Assembly: GCA_049965555.1 (NCBI GenBank)
Contig: JBMFWF010000001.1
Coordinates: 83,791 to 147,790, forward strand
Direction: 5' to 3'
Length of the DNA stretch: 64,000 nt
From: Candidatus Parvarchaeum sp.
GTDB taxonomy: Archaea > Nanobdellota > Nanobdellia > Parvarchaeales > Parvarchaeaceae
Part shown: positions 39,544 through 48,964 of the stretch, piece by piece
Numbering within the stretch: position 1 is the first letter of the stretch
How the letters are laid out: the number at the start of each line of letters is the position of its first letter
Position numbers and translations under genes: made by a program
The notes under the pieces: generated by a model
Databases searched by the model: none
What the model saw: only the letters and a program-made list of their open reading frames with translations
What the model was told of the DNA's origin: nothing

Positions 39544-40500
39544 ATGTCTGAAATTCCATTTAAAGGGGAGATAAGAAAAGATTACATAACAGGGTCAGAC
39601 GTTATATTCACATTCTCAAGAGACAAAAGACCAAAAGATTTTAAAAGCGAAGAAATAATGTATGGGAACAAAGAAAACTGCCCTTTTGAATACGGAAAAG
39701 AGAGTCTTAATACTACAATAAAACTTATTGAGGATCCTTGGAAATTGAGGCTTATGTACAACAAGTATCCGATTGTAAACGAGGATATAGCGCCTTATAA
39801 TGAAAACCCTGGTTTTTTCACAAGATATGCAAACTACGGCCATTCCTATGTGATAGTTGATACTCCTGATCATTTACAGAAATTCTATGAAATTGAAGAC
39901 AGCCTTCTGCAAAAATGGTTTAAGCTTGTAGCTGAAGCAGAAAAAAGAGCTTATTCTGACAGCAATATAAAACAAGTTTATACTTTCAGGAACAACGGGA
40001 GCATAAGCGGCGGCAGTTTATACCATCCGCATACGCAGATAATAGGGTTCACTTTTGTTCTCCCGATAATAAAACAGGAGCTAGACATAATAAAAAAGAA
40101 CAGAGGAAATTGCATACTAGAGGAAGCTATGAAAAAAGAAAAAGAAAGGATATTAATAGAAGACGAAAAGGCAATCGCATTTGCACCGTACGGCTCAAGA
40201 TTTAAAGGCCAATCAATAATAATGCCCAAGAGGCATATTGACTATGTTGGAAGGCTCGAAGAAGAAGAGACAATAAGCCTGGCAAGATTCATAAAAGAGA
40301 TACTTAGGAAAAACAATATACTATTCGGCAGCCATTCTTACAATATAATTTTCCACGAACTAAAAGACAACAAAAAACTGCATTTCTATATAGAGATAGC
40401 TCCAAGATTTTCGAATTTTGGAGCGATGGAGCTTTCTGGACTTTACTTGAATTCGCTAAGGCCAGAAGAATATGTTCAAAGATTCAATGAAACTGTTTAG
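39544..40500 (+). CDS. galactose-1-phosphate uridylyltransferase-like (HIT-superfamily GalT class) nucleotidyltransferase
   Basis: 318 aa; HxHxQ motif (YHPHTQIIG) and a second half-domain repeat. Confidence 0.55.
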   Translation: MSEIPFKGEIRKDYITGSDVIFTFSRDKRPKDFKSEEIMYGNKENCPFEYGKESLNTTIKLIEDPWKLRLMYNKYPIVNEDIAPYNENPGFFTRYANYGHSYVIVDTPDHLQKFYEIEDSLLQKWFKLVAEAEKRAYSDSNIKQVYTFRNNGSISGGSLYHPHTQIIGFTFVLPIIKQELDIIKKNRGNCILEEAMKKEKERILIEDEKAIAFAPYGSRFKGQSIIMPKRHIDYVGRLEEEETISLARFIKEILRKNNILFGSHSYNIIFHELKDNKKLHFYIEIAPRFSNFGAMELSGLYLNSLRPEEYVQRFNETV

Positions 40501-41481
40501 TCATTTTGACAGCAAGGAAAGCAGCTCTGCCAGATCTTTATCTTTTCCGTACATTGCCACCCCTCCAACGAAAATCGCCTTCACTGCCGGATTCAAGTTT
40601 TTAACGTAGTTAAAGAAGTCTTTTCTATATTTTTCTTCAAGGTTTTCTCTTATAAGGACATCAAAATCCCCAACGTCATAGGATTTAAATTTAACCTTAT
40701 CTATTAAATAGCCGTAAACAACGCCATCCCTTGCCTGCATATCTATTAAGTCGGTGATGTGATATTCATTGCCGGCTCCCCTTTTTACCTTGCCTATTTT
40801 ATTCCCCCCTTCTTCATTTATGAGATATATTCCGCCTGCAACCGACAATTCAGTTGGGTTCTTTTTGACGTATTCCAAAACGGGTTTTTCTACTATCTTT
40901 TCTAGTCTATAAAGATTTTCACCTAGATAACTGCCATACGCTGCGGATTTTTCAGTGATCTTTTCTATGTTATTTCTCTTCATAGAAACCAAGGTATTCC
41001 CATCATATTTTGAAAGCATCTCTTCTAACAAGGAGCTATTTCCAACCGTATTCTGCTGCATAACATCCGAAAACATAACAGCGCAGGGCTCTTCATTTAT
41101 GAACCCGTCTTCGTATGCGACCTTAAGGCCTGCAGCCGTTCCTAACGGTTTGCCTGTCTTTCTGTTGACTGGCTGGAAATCCAATTGTATCCTTATTTTT
41201 CCATTTTCTATCTCTTTTTTATATTCGCTTAAGTTTCTAGCAACATTTTCCTTGCTGAAATAGTCTAAAAGCACTTTAAAAGTGGGCAGGCCTTCCCTAT
41301 CATTCCTTGAAACCACAAGTATGTCTCTTATCCCTGCGTTTATCATCTGGTATGCGATTATTTTTGACATCGGCGTCTGGCCCAATGGCAGCATCGGTTT
41401 TGGTATGTAATAAGTAGCTGGCCTGGCCCTTGTTCCACTGCCAGAAGCAAGAATAACCCCTTTAGTTATATTATTTACCAT
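40501..41481 (-). CDS. sugar-1-phosphate nucleotidyltransferase (NTP_transferase family)
   Basis: 326 aa; GVILASGSGTRARP...IPKPMLPL N-terminal pyrophosphorylase signature. Confidence 0.7.
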   Translation of the reverse strand: MVNNITKGVILASGSGTRARPATYYIPKPMLPLGQTPMSKIIAYQMINAGIRDILVVSRNDREGLPTFKVLLDYFSKENVARNLSEYKKEIENGKIRIQLDFQPVNRKTGKPLGTAAGLKVAYEDGFINEEPCAVMFSDVMQQNTVGNSSLLEEMLSKYDGNTLVSMKRNNIEKITEKSAAYGSYLGENLYRLEKIVEKPVLEYVKKNPTELSVAGGIYLINEEGGNKIGKVKRGAGNEYHITDLIDMQARDGVVYGYLIDKVKFKSYDVGDFDVLIRENLEEKYRKDFFNYVKNLNPAVKAIFVGGVAMYGKDKDLAELLSLLSK

Positions 41482-41526
41482 AGCTTAATAGTGATATCAT
41501 CGTATTTAAATACCTAACTGGGGATT

Positions 41527-42180
41527 TTAATGGTGTGATTTTTTTCTGTTAGATTTGGACTTGCCGGTGAGAGCCATGAAAACTAAAGGGTAACTTATAA
41601 TCGATACAAAGTAGAAGAAGGACGAGATATAAGGCAGAAGTCCTATTATAGAAAGAACAATGAAGAAAATTACAAACAATGCGAACAAATACCACCAATT
41701 CCCAAATGTAATGTTCCAGCTCCTTTTTATAGCATCTGTAGGGCTTTTATCTTCTACTACTGATGAAACGGGGGAAAGAATCAATTTGAACATCAGATAG
41801 ATTCCTGGAATGATGAAGGCAATGAAACCTAAAGCTATTATGATCGAAGTCAAAAAAGTTGTTGCAAGCAAGGCAGGATACCTTTTCATAGTCTTGTTTA
41901 TTATTTTACTGATGCTCTTCTTTTTTCCTGCTATCCTTACAAATGCCATTCCGCTTATGAACGTGATAGCGAGAAAAATTAAAACTGCGTAAATAGACAG
42001 GTAAACTATGTTTATAGGAGTTATACTTACAGAGCTTACATTTGTAATTTTGATAGAATATAAAGACACTGAAAATGCAATGTAAATTGCCGCATATACA
42101 AGCGCGAACGCAAAAAGCAAAGGATCAGTAAAAAGCAGCACAAAGCTCTTCTTGAAAACGGATAATACATCAAATGCCAT
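41527..42180 (-). CDS. polytopic membrane protein, function unknown
   Basis: 217 aa, 5-6 TM helices. Confidence 0.35.
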   Translation of the reverse strand: MAFDVLSVFKKSFVLLFTDPLLFAFALVYAAIYIAFSVSLYSIKITNVSSVSITPINIVYLSIYAVLIFLAITFISGMAFVRIAGKKKSISKIINKTMKRYPALLATTFLTSIIIALGFIAFIIPGIYLMFKLILSPVSSVVEDKSPTDAIKRSWNITFGNWWYLFALFVIFFIVLSIIGLLPYISSFFYFVSIISYPLVFMALTGKSKSNRKKSHH

Positions 42181-42250
42181 TTTAATTTGACAAAATCATA
42201 ATATAAATAAGAATATACAGCAATAAATAAATCAAATTACTAGTAATTTT

Positions 42251-42601
42251 ATGGAAGAACTGCTTATAATGATATACGGTACGCATCCAAAAAGCAGAAA
42301 ACTTTACGCCGAAGCTGAAAAGATAATAAATCTTATAAGAGAAAAAGGAAGCATAAACAGAGAAGAGCTGGCAAATGCACTAAATATAGACATAAATTCC
42401 CAAAACGGGAAAAAACATTTTTACAATTTAGTGTCCCCCATGTTTAATACGATATTGGTGTCGGAGCACAGGGGAAAAACAGTTTACTACAGGCTCTCTT
42501 ACGACTTGTTCAGGGTTTATATAGATGGAATAAGGAGAAAGGCAAAATATTACCTTGTAAAGAACGCAGACAGTTTAAAGGAGGACTCGGACCAACAATG
42601 A
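42251..42601 (+). CDS. hypothetical protein (116 aa)
   Basis: 4-nt overlap with the downstream PduO-type gene; no motif. Confidence 0.3.
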   Translation: MEELLIMIYGTHPKSRKLYAEAEKIINLIREKGSINREELANALNIDINSQNGKKHFYNLVSPMFNTILVSEHRGKTVYYRLSYDLFRVYIDGIRRKAKYYLVKNADSLKEDSDQQ

Positions 42602-43122
42602 AATATTATTCCGGAAGAGGAGATGACGGAAGAACTGATATAGCAGGCGGCAGGATAGAGAAAGATGACAATGTTGTAGAACTGATTGGAAACTTGGATG
42701 AGCTAAACGCCTTCATTGGCTATGCACTCTCCAAAATAAAATACGAAGACATAAAAGCAGAGATGAGAAAAGTGGAAAGGAAGATATATTTTATAAGCGC
42801 GTATGCCTCGGGTTATTCAAAGCTTGTAAAAAGAGAAAAGATAGAGATAAATAGAGAGGATGTTAATGAACTTGAAAAAGCTATAGATTCATTTGCAAAG
42901 GAAACAAATGACATAACGAGGTTTTTGTATCCGAACGGAAGCGAAGCCGCTTGTGCAATAAATGTATGCAGAACCATAACTAGAAAGGCGGAAAGATCCG
43001 CAATAAAATGCAGCATCGAGAACAAAGAAGTGCTTGCCTATCTTAACAGGCTATCCTCTCTTTTGTTTGTTTTATCAAGGGTGGTAAACAAAAGAGACGG
43101 CTTTAGTGAGGAATTTTTTTAA
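42598..43122 (+). CDS. ATP:cob(I)alamin adenosyltransferase, PduO type
   Basis: 174 aa; N-terminal YSGRGDDGRTDI (TGDxGxT-like) and helical bundle length typical of PduO/MMAB. Confidence 0.65.
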   Translation: MKYYSGRGDDGRTDIAGGRIEKDDNVVELIGNLDELNAFIGYALSKIKYEDIKAEMRKVERKIYFISAYASGYSKLVKREKIEINREDVNELEKAIDSFAKETNDITRFLYPNGSEAACAINVCRTITRKAERSAIKCSIENKEVLAYLNRLSSLLFVLSRVVNKRDGFSEEFF

Positions 43123-43640
43123 GCTTGAGCAACTACGACCCTTGTTTGTATCCCTAATTTCTTACCCATTTTGAACGCTGCATCTTTTGCAGCTGCGATA
43201 TTTGCCTTATCAACGTGTATTTCAAATATACGCTTTCCCGCAGAAAGCCTAGCTGCCAATCCTATTGGCTTGCCGAAAGATTTCTGCATACCTGATGAGA
43301 AACGGTCAGCTCCTGCCCCGGTAGCTAGCTTATGCTCCCTTAGAACTTGGTGTGGGTAAGCCACGACCACTATGTGAAAGTTCTGATCTGTTATTCTGTC
43401 TGTAAGGTACTTATTAGCAACTATCCTTGCAGATTCTATTGCATTGTCTCTTAACTGCAATGATTTCTCAGAAAGCAGAAAGACTCTGCTGTCAAATTCT
43501 CTTTTTGGATTTCCTGAATGATACTGCGTTATTTTAGGCCTCTGTGCAATTTTTATGTAACTCTTTGTCTTGTATTTTGACTTCCTGGTATAAGGCAGTT
43601 TCAACTCCTTGTACGCTCGTCCCGGTCTTAACTTTGCCAT
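43119..43640 (-). CDS. rpl10e: ribosomal protein L10e (uL16)
   Basis: 173 aa; MAKLRPGRAYKELKLPYTRKSKYK... consensus. Confidence 0.9.
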   Translation of the reverse strand: MAKLRPGRAYKELKLPYTRKSKYKTKSYIKIAQRPKITQYHSGNPKREFDSRVFLLSEKSLQLRDNAIESARIVANKYLTDRITDQNFHIVVVAYPHQVLREHKLATGAGADRFSSGMQKSFGKPIGLAARLSAGKRIFEIHVDKANIAAAKDAAFKMGKKLGIQTRVVVAQA

Positions 43641-43641
43641 A

Positions 43642-43842
43642 TTATCTCTTATCCTCCTTGTGCTTTGAAAGGTCTATAGTTATTTTTCCTGATAATTTTA
43701 TGGGCTCCTTTATGTTTGGAAGCTTTATTTCCAGGTTATCTAGATCAAATGAAAACTTCTTGTTCCTGCCCCCAAGCATGCCTAACAGCATCTGCGGAAG
43801 CATGCCAAAAAGCTTATTGTTACTGTTATCATTCTTTTCCAT
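43642..43842 (-). CDS. small conserved-motif protein (66 aa), paralogue of 43929..44153
   Basis: Shares [FI][DN]LD[NK]LEI......K.P.KLS.KI..D.S....EDK with the upstream ORF; 2-nt gap to rpl10e. Confidence 0.35.
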   Translation of the reverse strand: MEKNDNSNNKLFGMLPQMLLGMLGGRNKKFSFDLDNLEIKLPNIKEPIKLSGKITIDLSKHKEDKR

Positions 43843-43928
43843 AGGATTATTATATACTCACAGATATTTATAAACGTTTATACGTCAAAGTAAGGGTTTT
43901 TTGCAGTCAGATTAAAAAATAAAAGGCT

Positions 43929-44153
43929 TCACTGTTTCAGCTGCTTGTCTTCCTTGTTTTTACCGGAAAAATCCAGGTCTATCTTCGCAGAAAGTTTTAC
44001 CGGGTACTTTAAACCCGACATGTTTATCTCAAGCTTGTCTAAGTTTATCGAAACCTTTCTTGGCCTTGTTTTCTGTTCATTCATGTTATCTTTTATGACC
44101 TTTGCTATTCCAGTTATTGCGTTATAAATCGCATTGTCTTCTTTATTTTCCAT
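43929..44153 (-). CDS. small conserved-motif protein (74 aa), paralogue of 43642..43842
   Basis: See paralogue; same strand, 86-nt spacer. Confidence 0.35.
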   Translation of the reverse strand: MENKEDNAIYNAITGIAKVIKDNMNEQKTRPRKVSINLDKLEINMSGLKYPVKLSAKIDLDFSGKNKEDKQLKQ

Positions 44154-44234
44154 AATAATAAAGTAAATTGGTAGAATATATACTTAACTTTAGCAATTAC
44201 TTTTAGATTGTCGAAATAAAATCGATTTAAAAAA

Positions 44235-44329
44235 CGTCGGGGATGGGGGTTGAACCCATTAAGGCTTGCGCCAACATGCTTTCCGTTTCTGAATAGCAGG
44301 CATGCACCTTACCGTTCGGTCACCCCGAC
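44235..44329 (-). tRNA. tRNA-Ser (anticodon GCU), class II with long variable arm and a ~13-nt intron in the anticodon loop
   Basis: Reverse complement: acceptor gtcgggg/ccccgac, discriminator G, 3-bp D-stem, anticodon stem catgc/gcatg enclosing 20 nt (ctGCTa + 13-nt insert), 15-nt variable arm, T-arm atggg-ttcaacc-cccat. Confidence 0.7.
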
Positions 44330-44423
44330 TTATTACAGATTAGAGTAACTAATCTATTTTAAGTTATTGCTATTGATTATGAATTTATTTTTTACGCTTT
44401 GACGCTTGAAGGCAAAAGCAAAT

Positions 44424-44686
44424 GACAGGCCATGGCTTCGAAATAGCTATCCATATAGAGGGTAACAACATTTTCTCCTTACAGTTTACCTACAAGCACG
44501 CTTCAGCTTAATTACGGTTGCTCCCTTCCGGGCCTGGCCGGGTTCTTAAACCAAAGCATCCTATAGGGCTGTAAATCTACGATAGCTTTGCTACCATGTA
44601 TAGAGTCACTATCCCTCGGCCACGCTTCGCCGCGCCTAAAGTCCATTTGCGCTGCAGGGAGGGACTAACTCCCCAGCTAGCCTGTC
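44424..44686 (-). ncRNA. ffs: signal recognition particle RNA (7S/SRP RNA)
   Basis: GC-enriched ORF-poor block; minus strand contains the invariant helix-8 motif CCAGGCCCGGAAGGGAGCAACCG (plus 44521-44543 region) and the ends pair as a 9-bp terminal helix GACAGGCUA/UGGCCUGUC; lies next to tRNA-Ser as in many archaea. Confidence 0.75.
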
Positions 44687-44987
44687 AAATATTAGCTGAT
44701 GTTTATAGAATAAATAGGTATTACTACTACAAACGAAAAACGGCAGGAGAATTGTCAATCGACAGTATACGCAAAAGATTTTTTTAACAGTATTAAAATA
44801 GAACGTAACCTTGCAGGTAGTACTTATGTATATACCTTAAAAATGTATAATTGTTGGTCACAGTGAAATGCATGCATAAAAGTTATATGCCGCAGACCCA
44901 GTAAATCCCCCCATAAAGGTAGGGTCCAAAAAAAACGGAAATAACGTATATTCATTGTGACCCTTGTAATTAAAACAAAATGGCCTT

Positions 44988-45494
44988 ATGTTAAAGAGCA
45001 GGATTAATTCAAGAAATTTTATTGTACTGATTGTAATGTCTTTAATAGGGTTAGCTTCATCTATAGTCGTAATAATAGAATTGTACATAGTGCACAGCCT
45101 TCCTCCTTACTGCAAGATCTCTGCAACAGTTGGCGGTAGCGTACTTAACTGCGCAAAGGTGCTTTTAAGCCCCTATGCAAACATAGGCCCTGTGTCATTG
45201 GATTTTCTTGCAGCGCTTTGGTTCATAATAAACATAATCTTTGTTGTATCGATTGCGTTGTCATCTAAAAAAACCGCCAAAAAGGTGCTTGATGTCATGT
45301 TCATATGGCGTTTCTTCGGCATATTGGTAGTCGGCTACCTGCTTTTCCTCGAATTCATAGTTTTGCATGCAATATGCATATACTGCACTGCAATGCACAT
45401 CTGCATAATAATTGACTTTGCAATAGTGAGCTACATCCTGTTTTCGAGAAAATCTAGAATACGCAGAGACATCCTTTCAAGCTCAACAGCTTAA
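44988..45494 (+). CDS. vitamin K epoxide reductase (VKOR) family protein
   Basis: 168 aa, 4-5 TM; loop Cys pair (CKISATVGGSVLNC) and TM CxxC active site (CIYC), the VKOR signature. Confidence 0.55.
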   Translation: MLKSRINSRNFIVLIVMSLIGLASSIVVIIELYIVHSLPPYCKISATVGGSVLNCAKVLLSPYANIGPVSLDFLAALWFIINIIFVVSIALSSKKTAKKVLDVMFIWRFFGILVVGYLLFLEFIVLHAICIYCTAMHICIIIDFAIVSYILFSRKSRIRRDILSSSTA

Positions 45495-45505
45495 AATCTT
45501 GCTTA

Positions 45506-46141
45506 TTATCTGTACTTAGAATATAGCTTTGCAGGTACGGGCCTGTCAAAATATAAAGTATTGTCTTCCTCTGAAAGCAGATTCCCTGATTTAATTTCTT
45601 TGCTTTTGAATAAACTTTTTTTGCTTATATCGTTTAAAGAATAATTGCCGTTCGTATCGAATTTTAATTTAACATCATTATCATAATTAAGCGTAATCTC
45701 TAGCAGATCTTTTCTTGTCTTGTATTTTAAACTTATCTCTGCTTTATGCAGATTCATTTCACTATCCAAAGAATAAAACTCAATAGGCAAACTTATTCCG
45801 GGATAAATGACTCTTGCAGTTCTTCCTGCTTTGTTTTTTAACCTGCCTGCCACTATCTTATTATTTGAATCCGCGAATTTATACTGAGCCGTTACGTAAT
45901 CCTCTATTTCGTCGTTATTTACAATAGGCTTAAAATAAGCAAAGTTACAGTTCATAATAAATAGGGTATTTTCCTTTGTATAATCTCGAAGAACATCTAC
46001 CTCCAAACTTCTCCTATGGCCTTTTTTTGTAAACATAAACTGGCCCGGAAATTCTGACAGCTCAACAATGTCTAATTTGTCTTTATCCTTTACAGGGAGC
46101 TCCCCCATATCAAGTATTATCTTCATTAAATTATGCTCCAT
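45506..46141 (-). CDS. hypothetical protein (211 aa)
   Basis: Clean ORF; no recognisable motif. Confidence 0.35.
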   Translation of the reverse strand: MEHNLMKIILDMGELPVKDKDKLDIVELSEFPGQFMFTKKGHRRSLEVDVLRDYTKENTLFIMNCNFAYFKPIVNNDEIEDYVTAQYKFADSNNKIVAGRLKNKAGRTARVIYPGISLPIEFYSLDSEMNLHKAEISLKYKTRKDLLEITLNYDNDVKLKFDTNGNYSLNDISKKSLFKSKEIKSGNLLSEEDNTLYFDRPVPAKLYSKYR

Positions 46142-46180
46142 TTGCTTTTAAGGAATGATTCTATTATTAATAGGTTACCC

Positions 46181-48547
46181 TCAAATAACAGGGAATTCCC
46201 AGTCCTTAACATGCTCGTTTTTCTGCCCAAGATCATTTTCTAGTTCAACCCTCTTTTCTATCGATGCAACCAATTCCCTTACATGCTCCACGGTATCTGG
46301 ATTCACAGAGATATCGTCTATGTCCGACCTTACTAAAAAGTCAACTATTTCATCATATTCCGAAGGTGCCTGCCCGCATATAGAGACCGTTTTGCCGTCT
46401 CTGTGAGCTACTTTTATCAAGTACCTTATCATCCTCAAAACAGCAAGGTTCCTTTCATCGTAGATGCTGCTTAATGTATCATTATTCCTGTCTGCTCCTA
46501 ATACAAGCATTGTAAGGTCATTTGAGCCTATTGAATAGCCGTCAATGTACTTATTGAACTTGTCCGCCAATATTATATTGCTCGGTATCTCTGCCATAAG
46601 GAATATCTTAAAGTCTTCATTCCTTTCCAAACCGTTCTCTTTAAGTATCTGCAAAACCTTTTCAAGCTCTTCAACTGTTCTTGTGAAAGGGATCATTACA
46701 TGCAAGTTCTTCAATCTGAACTCTTCCCTTACCTTTTTAACCGCCTTTAATTCCAGTACGAATGCATCCTTGTACTTTGGATCGTAATATCTTGAGGATC
46801 CCCTCCACCCCAGCAAAGGACTGCTTTCCTTTGGCTCAAATTCTTCACCGCCTTCCAAGTGCGCATATTCATCTGTTTTGAAATCACTAAATCTAAGGAT
46901 CACCGGCCTTGGATTAAAAGCCGAACAAACCTTTCTCATGCCATCTGCCAATGTATCTACTAAAAGATCCGACTTGCCTTCTTTTATAAGATAAAGAGGG
47001 TGCTTACCTATGTTTGCCCAAATAAATTCTTCCCTCATTAATCCTACGCCATCAGCATGCAGTTTTGCTGTCTTTTCCGCTAAATCAGGTTCCCCAAGAT
47101 TGACAAGTATCTTTGTTCCTGTTATTATCATACCTTCGTTTACAGACGTTTGGCTGCCTTTTTCTTCCTTGTCTTCTTCCGCTTTTATCTCTCCACTGTA
47201 AACCAATCCATTCTTTGAATCCACTGTTATTATATCTCCTGTCTTTATGGTTTCGGTTGCCTTCTTTCCTCTTCCGCCGGTTCCTACTATGCATGGAACA
47301 CCAAGCTCTCTTGAAACTATAGCTGCATGGGATGTTATCCCCCCTTCATCTGTGACAATTGCCTTTGCTTTTTTCATTGCAGGAACCCAGTCGGGGCTCG
47401 TCATGACGGTTATTAGAATCTCACCAGATTTGAACTTGTCGATGTCCTTTACATCCAGTATTACATGTGCCGGGCCTGAAATAAATCCGGGGGAAGCAGG
47501 CAAACCTGAAAGTATAACCCCCTGTTTGTTCTCCACGGTTTTTATTTTGTCCTTGTTTGACCATACAGTTTCGGGCCTTGCTTGTACGATATACAGCTTT
47601 CCATCTTCGTCTCTTGCCCATTCAATATCCATGGGCCTCTTGTAATGCTGCTCTATCTTCATGCCGTATCCAGCAAGCTCTATTACTTTATCGTCTTCCA
47701 AGCATTGTTTCTTTGCTTCATCATCACTTAATTTAACATCCTTTGTTCCCCCTTCCTTTAACCTTATGAGCTTTCTGTCCTTGTTTTCTATTACTTTCTT
47801 TTTGATCTGCATTGTCTTCTTGTCTACGTAGAAAAGATCAGGTGTAACTATGCCCCCGACTATGTATTCGCCTAAACCATAGCTTGCTTCTATAACTATA
47901 ACAGATGTATCGCCATTTGAAACGTCCAATGTGAACATTACTCCTGACTCTATTGAGAAAATCTGTTTTTGTATAACTACTGCAAGAGCAACTGTCTTTG
48001 TGTCTATGTTATTCTTTGCTCTGTAATAAATCGCCCTTTCATTAAATAAGCTGGAATAGCATTCCTTCACCTTCTCAATCAATTCATCATCGCCATGAAC
48101 ATTAAGGTATGTGTCCTGCTGGCCCGCAAAACTTGCATCCGGAAGATCCTCGGCGGTCGCAGAAGATCTAACTGCCACGAACTCTGCATTGCTTTCCTTT
48201 ACAAGCTTATGGTAACTGTCCAATAGCTGTGAGACCAAATCCTTCGGTAGATTAGCATCCATAATTGCGGACTTTATTTCCTGGCTTGCCTTTTTAAGAT
48301 CGCTTTCGCTCTCCACATTTATGTTCTTCAATGTGGCTTCTATCTTTTCTCTTATACTGTTCTCATCAAGAAATTTATTGAAGGCATAAGATGTCGTTGA
48401 AAATCCGGGAGGAACTGGAACTTCAACGTAATTCGTCATTTCACCAAGGTTTGCTGACTTGCCGCCTACTTTGGGAACGTCCTCTTTTTTTATGTCTTTA
48501 AACCATAGAATTAATTTTTCTTCGTTTTCCATTAATTTATGAGGCAT
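46181..48547 (-). CDS. ppsA: phosphoenolpyruvate synthase (pyruvate, water dikinase)
   Basis: 788 aa; phosphohistidine motif GGITSHAAIVSRELGVPCIVGT, ATP-grasp N-terminus, PEP-utilising C-terminal TIM barrel. Confidence 0.9.
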   Translation of the reverse strand: MPHKLMENEEKLILWFKDIKKEDVPKVGGKSANLGEMTNYVEVPVPPGFSTTSYAFNKFLDENSIREKIEATLKNINVESESDLKKASQEIKSAIMDANLPKDLVSQLLDSYHKLVKESNAEFVAVRSSATAEDLPDASFAGQQDTYLNVHGDDELIEKVKECYSSLFNERAIYYRAKNNIDTKTVALAVVIQKQIFSIESGVMFTLDVSNGDTSVIVIEASYGLGEYIVGGIVTPDLFYVDKKTMQIKKKVIENKDRKLIRLKEGGTKDVKLSDDEAKKQCLEDDKVIELAGYGMKIEQHYKRPMDIEWARDEDGKLYIVQARPETVWSNKDKIKTVENKQGVILSGLPASPGFISGPAHVILDVKDIDKFKSGEILITVMTSPDWVPAMKKAKAIVTDEGGITSHAAIVSRELGVPCIVGTGGRGKKATETIKTGDIITVDSKNGLVYSGEIKAEEDKEEKGSQTSVNEGMIITGTKILVNLGEPDLAEKTAKLHADGVGLMREEFIWANIGKHPLYLIKEGKSDLLVDTLADGMRKVCSAFNPRPVILRFSDFKTDEYAHLEGGEEFEPKESSPLLGWRGSSRYYDPKYKDAFVLELKAVKKVREEFRLKNLHVMIPFTRTVEELEKVLQILKENGLERNEDFKIFLMAEIPSNIILADKFNKYIDGYSIGSNDLTMLVLGADRNNDTLSSIYDERNLAVLRMIRYLIKVAHRDGKTVSICGQAPSEYDEIVDFLVRSDIDDISVNPDTVEHVRELVASIEKRVELENDLGQKNEHVKDWEFPVI

Positions 48548-48596
48548 TCATAGAATTAATAAGCTTTTTCGCTTTGATTAAAATGTAAAAAATTAT

Positions 48597-48962
48597 CTAA
48601 AATCTTTTTAGAGAGTGGATAAAATGATTCATGTTTTCGGCTATGTCTCCGCTCATTTTATTGTATTCCTTTATAGCGTTTCTTCCCTTTTCTGTTATTT
48701 TGTACTGCTTTCTTGCCTTTTCACTTTGATTCTCTTTGCTTACTGCTTCTATGTAACCCAAGCGTTCTAGCTGTGCAAGAGAAGGGTAAACTGCTGCAGG
48801 CCCAGGCCTCCACATGCCATCTGTCTTTTCAAATATCTGCTCCATTATCTCAAAACCATGCATAGGTTTCTCTATCAACAATCTAAGTATGAATGGTTGG
48901 AGCAGGCCTTTAGGGACAACGTCAACATTAAAAGGCCCACATCTACAACGTCTTCCGTTCAT
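48597..48962 (-). CDS. PadR-family transcriptional regulator
   Basis: wHTH PadR core (FILRLLIEKPMHGFEIMEQIFEKTDGMWRPGPAAVYPSLAQLERLGYIE). The real start is probably an internal Met. Confidence 0.7.
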   Translation of the reverse strand: MNGRRCRCGPFNVDVVPKGLLQPFILRLLIEKPMHGFEIMEQIFEKTDGMWRPGPAAVYPSLAQLERLGYIEAVSKENQSEKARKQYKITEKGRNAIKEYNKMSGDIAENMNHFIHSLKRF

Positions 48963-48964
48963 AT

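Noticed and set aside
44596-44787. 63-aa plus-strand ORF (MYRVTIPRPRFAAPKVHLRCREGL...)
   Set aside because: It lies largely inside the SRP RNA locus and its GC-rich flank. Its Arg/Pro-rich composition is what GC-rich structured RNA gives when translated.
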